Source: an uncultured Gemmatimonadota bacterium (lineage in GTDB: Bacteria > Blakebacterota > Blakebacteria > Blakebacterales > Blakebacteraceae). Taken from it: a stretch of 64,000 bases of DNA. Shown in pieces: positions 57,184 through 64,000 of this stretch (the first letter of the stretch is position 1; every line of letters begins with the position of its first letter). Made by a program: the position numbers and the translations under genes. A model generated the notes under the pieces. It saw only the letters and a list, made by a program, of their open reading frames with translations, ran no database searches and was not told where the DNA came from. The stretch is from assembly GCA_964576115.1 (NCBI GenBank), contig CAZNUA010000010.1:1-64000 (forward strand), written 5' to 3'.

Positions 57184-58899
57184 ATGCGCGATCCCCTCCT
57201 GGCAGAAGTGCTGCTCCTGCTTCGCCCCCGCTGGCTGCAGCTGAAAAACCGGATCCGCTTCCGGGCCCCCGGCGACCTGGTTCGCACCCTGGTACTGGTC
57301 ATCCTCGTCTCCGGCTTCTGGGTCGTGATCTACCTGCTCTTCACCAATTTCCTCTACCAGTTCCGGGTGGTCGAGGAATTCGGAGAGATCCTGCCGGGCA
57401 AAATCCTGGCCATGATCTTCCTCTTCTTCCTCGGCATCCTGATGTGGTCTTCGCTGCTCACCTCCTTCGGCATCTTCTTCATGAGCAGCGATCTGCAGCT
57501 CCTGAATGCTGCCCCGATATCCTCCGACGCCCTCTATCTGGCCCGGCTGGCCGAAACGATCGTGAACGCCTCCTGGATGGTGGTTCTCTTCGCCCTGCCG
57601 GTCTTTATCTCCTATGGAGCGGTTTTCGACGGCGATCTGCTCTACTACCTGATCGCCGTACTCACCCTGGTGGCGTTCGCGGTCATTCCGTCGGTCCTCG
57701 GCGTGGCCCTGACCATGCTGCTCGTCAACGTCTTCCCGGCCCGGCGGGCCAAAGACGTGCTCATGATCGTGAGTCTGCTCTTCTTCGCCGGCATCATCCT
57801 GATCTTCCGTGTCCTGCGTCCCGAACGGCTGCTCGATCCTGACGCCTTCAACTCCCTGGTCGATTTCTTTCAGGCCATGCGCGCCCCCCTCTCGCCCCTG
57901 TTGCCCAGCCAGTGGGCTTCCGAAGCGGTAGCCAGCTACCTGACCGGCACCCTCGGCTACGATCCCTTCCACCTGGGCATGCTGCTGGTCAGCTCGATGG
58001 CGATCGTCGTGGCCGGCGCCTGGGTGGCCCGGCGCACCTATGCGCACGGCTTCACGAAAACGCAGGAGGTCCGCCGGTTGCGGCTCTCGCGCACGCCCCT
58101 GCTCGACCGCCTCATCACCGGCTACAGCTTCTTTTTCCCCCGTCAGCTCCGCCAGATCATCTCGAAGGACGTCAAGACTTTCGTGCGTGACATCACCCAG
58201 TGGTCCCAGCTCTTCCTCCTGCTGGCCCTGGTCGTGCTCTACGTGTACAATTTCCGCGTTCTCCCGCTGGCCAACACGTACGTCCCCACGATCTGGCTGA
58301 CCAACCTGGTGGCCTTTCTCAACCTGGGCCTGGCCGGCTTTGTCGTCTCCGCCGTCGCAGCCCGCTTCGTCTTCCCGGCCGTCAGCCTGGAGGGCAACGC
58401 CTTCTGGCTGATCCGTTCCAGCCCGCTGGGGCTCAAGGGGTACGTCTGGAGCAAGTTCTGGATTTCCTTCTTTCCCCTGCTCCTGCTCGGGGAAACTCTC
58501 ATCATCCTCACCAACCTGCTGCTCGACACCCATCCGATCGTGGCCTGGCTGGGGGTGGGAACGATCTTCGTCATGGTCCTGGGTATCACCGGCCTGGCGA
58601 TCGGCACCGGGGCGGTCTACCCCAATTTCAAATGGGAGAACGTGGCCAAGATCCCGGCCAGCTTCGGCGGTGTGATCTTCATGGTCCTGGCGATCACCTT
58701 CGTGGCGGTGGTGGTCGCGATCCAGTATCGTCCGGTCTACGGCATCATGCTCACCATCCTGCGCGGAAGGAGTCTGGTCAGCGCCCAGTTCGCCGAAGCG
58801 GGCCTGAGCGCTGTCTTTGTGCTGATTCTCTCTCTCTTCTGTTTTATAGTACCGATGGAGATCGGTCTGCGGCGCCTCCAGGAGAGGGAGGTCTGGTAA
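57184..58899 (+). CDS. Putative ABC-2 type exporter permease (about 12 TM)
   Basis: SSDLQLL.AAPI, KD.K.F.RD..QWSQ, PAVSLEG..FWL..SSP; follows the ATPase. Confidence 0.8.
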   Translation: MRDPLLAEVLLLLRPRWLQLKNRIRFRAPGDLVRTLVLVILVSGFWVVIYLLFTNFLYQFRVVEEFGEILPGKILAMIFLFFLGILMWSSLLTSFGIFFMSSDLQLLNAAPISSDALYLARLAETIVNASWMVVLFALPVFISYGAVFDGDLLYYLIAVLTLVAFAVIPSVLGVALTMLLVNVFPARRAKDVLMIVSLLFFAGIILIFRVLRPERLLDPDAFNSLVDFFQAMRAPLSPLLPSQWASEAVASYLTGTLGYDPFHLGMLLVSSMAIVVAGAWVARRTYAHGFTKTQEVRRLRLSRTPLLDRLITGYSFFFPRQLRQIISKDVKTFVRDITQWSQLFLLLALVVLYVYNFRVLPLANTYVPTIWLTNLVAFLNLGLAGFVVSAVAARFVFPAVSLEGNAFWLIRSSPLGLKGYVWSKFWISFFPLLLLGETLIILTNLLLDTHPIVAWLGVGTIFVMVLGITGLAIGTGAVYPNFKWENVAKIPASFGGVIFMVLAITFVAVVVAIQYRPVYGIMLTILRGRSLVSAQFAEAGLSAVFVLILSLFCFIVPMEIGLRRLQEREVW

Positions 58900-58964
58900 T
58901 TCTCCTTTTAGCTCCGGCAGCGGCGTTGCGGAAATTGTGGGAACAGGCGGGAGGTTTGCGAAGT

Positions 58965-59399
58965 ATGAGTATACGGCCACGTTATGCCATCCCGGTGGGG
59001 ATCGTGCTGCTGGCTCTCTCGGTCGCCGCCTGCGGTGCACCGGGCCCGGAACGCCTGTTGAAGAAGAGCGAACAGGTTCCGGTCCTGCACGAATTCGGGG
59101 GAATCTACGTCCCCCTGTACCAGCAGGCCATGGTCGACAGCAACTGGACTCCGGTCCGGGCTCAGCTGCGGGAGCTCGAACGGCTCAAGAACGAGATTTC
59201 GGCGCTTCCCTGTCCCGAGAATCGGATCCTGGCTCGACGCGAGTGGGAGCGGAACCAGACCCTCTTCGCCCGCGGTGTCGGTTTCCTCAATGTGGCTCTC
59301 GGCACCGAGGATTCCACCGCCGAGAAACAGGAAGACATCGTGACGGGGCTCACCGGTGTGTACGACTGGTGGAGTGAGCTGGTCCGTTTTCTGAAGTGA
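58965..59399 (+). CDS. Hypothetical helical lipoprotein
   Basis: GGAGG RBS; MSIRPRYAIPVGIVLLALSVAAC lipobox; all-alpha mature region. Confidence 0.65.
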   Translation: MSIRPRYAIPVGIVLLALSVAACGAPGPERLLKKSEQVPVLHEFGGIYVPLYQQAMVDSNWTPVRAQLRELERLKNEISALPCPENRILARREWERNQTLFARGVGFLNVALGTEDSTAEKQEDIVTGLTGVYDWWSELVRFLK

Positions 59400-59442
59400 A
59401 CTGCGAACAACGACTCTGAACACGATAACCGGAGAACCATCC

Positions 59443-60426
59443 GTGATACGCGTGCAGAACCTGACCAAAAGGTATGACGGGACGGTCGCCGTGGATGACA
59501 TCAGCTTCGAAGTGGAGCGGGGTGAGGTGGTCGGTTTCCTGGGGCCCAACGGAGCCGGGAAGACCACCACCATGAAAATCATCACCTGCTACATGCCCCC
59601 TACCTCGGGCGATGTCACTATCGATGACCGTTCGGTCCTGTCCGATTCCCTGCCCATCCGGCGCTCTCTGGGCTACCTGCCCGAAGATTCGCCTCTCTAC
59701 ACCTTCATGCCCGTGCTCGAATACCTCGAGTTCGTGGCTGAGATGCGTGGTCTGGAACCAGGCCTGAAAGGGCGGCGGATCAAAGAGATGATAGAGGTCT
59801 GTGGTCTGGGCGAGGTGCTCGGCAAGGATGTCAGCGAGCTCTCCCGCGGCTACCGCCAGCGGGTGGGTCTGGCCCAGGCTCTGATCCACGATCCCGATCT
59901 GATCATTCTCGACGAGCCCACCTCGGGACTCGATCCCAACCAGATCGCGGAAATCCGCTCGCTGATCCGTGAATTCGGCCAGGAGAAAACCCTGATCCTG
60001 TCGACCCACATCCTGCCCGAGGTCACCGCCACCTGCGACCGTGTCATCATCATCAACCGGGGCCGGATCGTCGCCGATGGTCCTCCCGACGAACTCGGGG
60101 GGCGCCTGCGAGGCCGCCAGCGGGTGCGGATCGGCTTCGTGCCCGAAGGCTTCGAAACCGCCGCGGCGGCCGAGGCCTTCTCCTCTGTAGCGGGAGTCAC
60201 CGGGGTCGAGGTCGCCGGACGTGAAGGTGGGCTCGAACTCTTCACTCTCGAGACGGCGCCCAACACCGATCCCCGGCTCGAACTCTACCGGCTGGCAGCC
60301 GAGAAAAACTGGCCCCTGGCCGAACTGTACCTCGAAGGGAGCACCCTGGAGGACATCTTCCGCCAGCTCACCATCGGCGAGGACACTACCGGAAAGGCGG
60401 ATGGAGCGGAAGGGGGTGTGTCATGA
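59443..60426 (+). CDS. ABC transporter ATP-binding protein (GldA-like)
   Basis: GPNGAGKTTTMK, LSRGYRQRVGLAQA, DEPTSGLDPNQI, STHILPEV. Confidence 0.92.
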   Translation: MIRVQNLTKRYDGTVAVDDISFEVERGEVVGFLGPNGAGKTTTMKIITCYMPPTSGDVTIDDRSVLSDSLPIRRSLGYLPEDSPLYTFMPVLEYLEFVAEMRGLEPGLKGRRIKEMIEVCGLGEVLGKDVSELSRGYRQRVGLAQALIHDPDLIILDEPTSGLDPNQIAEIRSLIREFGQEKTLILSTHILPEVTATCDRVIIINRGRIVADGPPDELGGRLRGRQRVRIGFVPEGFETAAAAEAFSSVAGVTGVEVAGREGGLELFTLETAPNTDPRLELYRLAAEKNWPLAELYLEGSTLEDIFRQLTIGEDTTGKADGAEGGVS

Positions 60427-61157
60427 CGGCCAACGTAACCGGTGTGGACTGGGCCAATATCGGTGCCCTCTACCGGAAGGAACTCAAGGCGTACTTCAAC
60501 TCTCCGATCGCCTATGTGGTCATGAGCGTCTTTCTGCTCATCGTCGGGTGGTTTTTCGCCAGCGATCTCTTCCTGGTCGGACAGGCCACCCTGCGGACCT
60601 TCTTCGAGGTGGCCCGGCTGATCCTGGTCTTTTTCATCCCCGCCATCACCATGCGGCTGCTGGCCGAGGAGCGTCAGAGCGGCTCGCTGCAGCTGCTGGT
60701 GACCTACCCGATCACCGATATCGAGATCGTGCTGGCCAAGTGGCTGGGCGCCATGACTCTGCTCGGCATCACCCTGGTCTTCACCCTCATCTACTTTCTG
60801 ACCCTGATTGTCCTCGGCAATCCCGATGAAGGTGCGGTCGTGGGCGGTTACCTGGGGCTGCTGCTGATGGGCGCGGCGGGCAGTGCGGTGGGAATCTATG
60901 CCTCGAGCGTGTCGCAGAACCAGGTCATCGCCTTCGTGATCTCGTTCAGCGTCCTCTTCGCACTCTTCATGCTGGGCAACCTGCTCGTCTTCCTCCCCGC
61001 AGGAGTGGCGCCGGTGCTCGAGTACCTCTCCCTGGGCTATCACCTCGAGAATCTCTCCCGGGGGGTGCTCGACAGCCGCGACTTGCTCTATTTCCTCTCG
61101 ATCACAGCCCTGGGGCTGGCCCTGGCCGCCGAACGCCTGGCCGCCCGGACAGAGTAG
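60423..61157 (+). CDS. ABC-2 permease (GldF-like)
   Basis: KELKAYFNSPIAY, PAITMRLLAEER..G, NQVIAF, RGVLDSRD..YF. Confidence 0.9.
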   Translation: MTANVTGVDWANIGALYRKELKAYFNSPIAYVVMSVFLLIVGWFFASDLFLVGQATLRTFFEVARLILVFFIPAITMRLLAEERQSGSLQLLVTYPITDIEIVLAKWLGAMTLLGITLVFTLIYFLTLIVLGNPDEGAVVGGYLGLLLMGAAGSAVGIYASSVSQNQVIAFVISFSVLFALFMLGNLLVFLPAGVAPVLEYLSLGYHLENLSRGVLDSRDLLYFLSITALGLALAAERLAARTE

Positions 61158-61164
61158 GGGGGTG

Positions 61165-62883
61165 ATGACGATGACTGCCGATACCATTCACGAAACCGCC
61201 GCTCAGCAGCGTGCCGTCCGGCGCACCAACCTGTTGATCTTCGGTGCCATCCTGGTCGTCATCAACGTGCTGGGGCTGTCGCTGTTCCTGCGTCTCGACC
61301 TGACCGGGAAGGGGATCTTCAGCCTGAGCCGGGCCTCGAAAGAGGTCGTGCGCTCGCTCGATGACCGCCTGACCATCAAGGGGTACTTTTCCGAGGACCT
61401 GCCCGCCCAGTACGCCAGCATCTCGCGTTACGTGCGCGACAAGATGGACGATTACAAGGCCTTTGCCCGCAACCGCATCCACTTCGAGTTCGTGGATCCG
61501 GCTTCAGAGGAGGAACTGCAGGAGGAAGCCCTCTCGTACGGTATCCAGCCGGTGCGGATGCAGGCCATCGAACAGGACCGGCTCGAGGTCAAGATGGTGT
61601 ACATGGCCCTGGTCTTTCTCTACCAGGACCGCACCGAGACCATCCCCCTGGTACAGAACACAGCCGGCCTGGAATACGACGTCACCACCGCCATCCGGGC
61701 CGTGAGCCGTGAAGAGAGGCCGGTCGTGGCCTTCCTGGACGGGCACGGCATGCGGACCCCCACCGCCGGCCCCGAAGAGGTACGGGTGAACTTCCTCAAA
61801 CAGGAGCTCGAACGCCACTACGAGGTCCGCACGGTGCGGGTCGACAGCTTCCGCAGCGTTCCCCCCGAGGTCGAATCGCTCTTCATCATCGGGCCGCAGG
61901 AGAGTTTCACGGCCTGGGAGCGTTACGCCATCGATCAGTTCATCATGCGGGGCGGACGTACCTGCTGGCTGATCGACGCCGTGGCCGCCGACCTGCAGCA
62001 GTCGCAGCAGGGGATGGCCCAGCCGATGCCGCTCGGGATGGACAACTGGCTGGCGCACTACGGCGTCCGGGTCCGCCCGGGGCTGGTTATGGATCGCTCC
62101 AATCAGCCGATTTTCATGACCAGCCAGCGGGGCATCTTCCGGGTCCAGGAGCAGGTTCCCTATCCCTTCTTCCCGGCCGTGCGGAATTACAACCGGGAGC
62201 ATCCTATCTCCAAGGATCTCCCCGATATGGTCTTTTTCTACGCCAGTCCGATCGACACCTCGCTCAGTCCGCCCGATTCGACCGCCTCGAGCGAGTTCCT
62301 GCAGTTTGTGCCCGACACCCTGAACGCCTGGCCGGCAGTGCCGCCCCGGGTCGACGTCGAGCCGATCATCTATACCAGCCGGCATTCCAGCCTGCAGGAG
62401 GAGTTCTTCTTCATCGCTCCCAACCAGGCCATGGCCGAAGGCAACTTCAGAGGCGGGCCCTATCCCCTGGCCGCTACTGTGACCGGCGAGTTCTCGAGCG
62501 CCTTTGCGGCCGCTCCCGCCGTTCCAGACTCGATCGAGCTGACGCCCCACCTGGACGGGCCGATCGAGAACCGGCTGGTGGTGGTGGGGGACGCCACTTT
62601 CATCGAGGACAATTACACGCGGATGCTGGAGGGGCGGAACCTGCCCCTGATGCAGAACGTCACCGACTGGCTCTTCCAGGAGGAAGGCCTGATCGGCATC
62701 CGGGCCAAGGAGATCGACCACCGCCCGCTGAGCGAACTCGGCAACGCTCCCCGGGTCGTGGTGAAGTGGCTCAACATCCTGCTGCCCCCGATCCTGGCGA
62801 TCCTGGCGGGAGTGATGTGGTGGCGGTACCGGCGGCGTCCGGTCCGTCAGCGTCTGCAGGCCCTGACAGCGACGGAGGAATGA
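61165..62883 (+). CDS. gldG: GldG family ABC auxiliary protein
   Basis: RLDLT....FSLS..S, EFVDP, LEY.VT..I, GHG, DQFIMRGG, LVVVGD..F, C-terminal TM. Start 61162-61171. Confidence 0.85.
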   Translation: MTMTADTIHETAAQQRAVRRTNLLIFGAILVVINVLGLSLFLRLDLTGKGIFSLSRASKEVVRSLDDRLTIKGYFSEDLPAQYASISRYVRDKMDDYKAFARNRIHFEFVDPASEEELQEEALSYGIQPVRMQAIEQDRLEVKMVYMALVFLYQDRTETIPLVQNTAGLEYDVTTAIRAVSREERPVVAFLDGHGMRTPTAGPEEVRVNFLKQELERHYEVRTVRVDSFRSVPPEVESLFIIGPQESFTAWERYAIDQFIMRGGRTCWLIDAVAADLQQSQQGMAQPMPLGMDNWLAHYGVRVRPGLVMDRSNQPIFMTSQRGIFRVQEQVPYPFFPAVRNYNREHPISKDLPDMVFFYASPIDTSLSPPDSTASSEFLQFVPDTLNAWPAVPPRVDVEPIIYTSRHSSLQEEFFFIAPNQAMAEGNFRGGPYPLAATVTGEFSSAFAAAPAVPDSIELTPHLDGPIENRLVVVGDATFIEDNYTRMLEGRNLPLMQNVTDWLFQEEGLIGIRAKEIDHRPLSELGNAPRVVVKWLNILLPPILAILAGVMWWRYRRRPVRQRLQALTATEE

Positions 62884-62886
62884 CAG

Positions 62887-63870
62887 ATGGCAGAGAGTAC
62901 GCGCAGACTTCTGATCGTTTTCACGGTCCTGCTCCTGGCTACCGCGGTCTGGTCTGTCGCCCAGAAGCGTAGGACGACCAGTCGGGAAAGGTCGTTCGGG
63001 CGGGTTGATGTCGAAGATGTGGTCAAGATCGAGATTACCGGTCAGGGCAAAGAGGTCATGCTCGAGCACCACGGAGGGCGCTGGATGCTGACCGAACCGC
63101 TCGAGTACCCGGCCAACCAGACCGCCGTCGAGGACCTGCTCGAAAAGACAGGCGAGCTGGCGGTCGTGAACCTGGTCTCGAGCAATCCCGGCAACCACGA
63201 TCTCTACGAAGTGGGACATGACACCGGGATGCTGGTGCGTCTCTTCGGCGGCCGCGACGGAAACCGGGAACTCTTCGCCTACTACGTGGGCAAGATGACG
63301 AGCGACTTCAACCATACCTACGTCAGAGAGTTCGGCCAGAATGACGTCTATACCGCCACCGGGCTGTTGAGCGGGTACGTCGACAAGGAGGTGGGCGCCT
63401 GGCGGGACCGCACCATCCTCGATCTGCCGCTCGAGACCATCCAGGAGGTGCACGCCGCAAAGGACTCGATCGAGTACGTTCTGGCCCGCCGGGGTCGTCT
63501 GGCCGGTGCGCCCGACACGCCCTGGACGGTGCTCTATGCCGGCGATTCCGAACCCGTGGAGGCCGACTCGAGCCAGGCGGTACGGATCGCCCGCAAGCTG
63601 GCCTCCCTTTCGGCCAGCGGCTTCCCGGTCTTCGAAGGCGAAGTGTCGGTCGACTGGGAGGAGCCTCTCGGTTCGCTGCGGGTGGTCATGACCGACGGCT
63701 CGAGCCACGAGGTCCGGATCTGGGAGATCCCCGACGATCAGAACCGCTTCTATGTGCGCCGGGATGCCGGGGAGACGGTCTTCCTGATGTACAGGAGTAA
63801 TCTCGACCTCCTCTGGCAGCAGCGTGAGGACCTGGCGGTCGGAGAGAGCGGCGATCCCGGTTCGGGCTGA
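62887..63870 (+). CDS. DUF4340 domain protein
   Basis: N-terminal TM; W.LTEP..YPAN...V..LL, YVR, WRDRTILD; usual position after gldG. Confidence 0.75.
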   Translation: MAESTRRLLIVFTVLLLATAVWSVAQKRRTTSRERSFGRVDVEDVVKIEITGQGKEVMLEHHGGRWMLTEPLEYPANQTAVEDLLEKTGELAVVNLVSSNPGNHDLYEVGHDTGMLVRLFGGRDGNRELFAYYVGKMTSDFNHTYVREFGQNDVYTATGLLSGYVDKEVGAWRDRTILDLPLETIQEVHAAKDSIEYVLARRGRLAGAPDTPWTVLYAGDSEPVEADSSQAVRIARKLASLSASGFPVFEGEVSVDWEEPLGSLRVVMTDGSSHEVRIWEIPDDQNRFYVRRDAGETVFLMYRSNLDLLWQQREDLAVGESGDPGSG

Positions 63871-63894
63871 TCGGACCCGGACGGGGGGGCGCTG

Positions 63895-64000
63895 ATGCAC
63901 CCGCCGCAGATGCCGCCGGCCTGGGAGCGGTTCCGCGAGGTGGGACCGCTCTCGGCTTTTTTCGGCACCCTGTTCGATATCCTGCGGGCTCCGGGAGCTT
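63895..64000 (+). CDS. Partial CDS, possibly YIP1 family membrane protein
   Basis: MHPPQMPPAWERFREVGPLSAFFGTLFDILRAPGA... runs off the window edge. Confidence 0.5.
   Translation, partial: MHPPQMPPAWERFREVGPLSAFFGTLFDILRAPGA

Overview
Gene-dense, roughly 65% GC window from a diderm bacterium, probably a MAG scaffold (one 100-N gap at 9698-9797). The gene repertoire suggests an FCB-group or Acidobacteria-like heterotroph, but that assignment is an inference. It holds about 55 CDS. These include a PurF lacking the N-terminal Cys; a lipoprotein peptidoglycan-scavenging trio (NagZ, AmiE-like, NamZ) with S9 and Ntn peptidases; a three-gene thiol-motif cluster (UshA-like CxC, thioredoxin-like CxxC, MauE); and housekeeping genes (RluA family, tatA, suhB, pfkA). 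Envelope and transport genes include a MacAB-like pair without an ATPase, a gluzincin/beta-propeller/Omp85-like fusion, a TonB receptor cluster ending in a thermonuclease, M1 and M20 peptidases, a cobalamin riboswitch with btuB, a transglutaminase-ABC operon and a GldAFG/DUF4340/YIP1 operon. No rRNA, tRNA, CRISPR array or transposase was seen. The most notable unannotated signals are: (i) a family of 125-165 bp intergenic palindromic elements whose stems covary around fixed bulge motifs; (ii) an apparent ATC/ATT start codon hiding a lipoprotein signal on the AmiE-like gene; (iii) a 38-aa membrane microprotein; (iv) a 92-bp hairpin tandem repeat across the gap. All calls come from motif recognition by eye; no searches were run.
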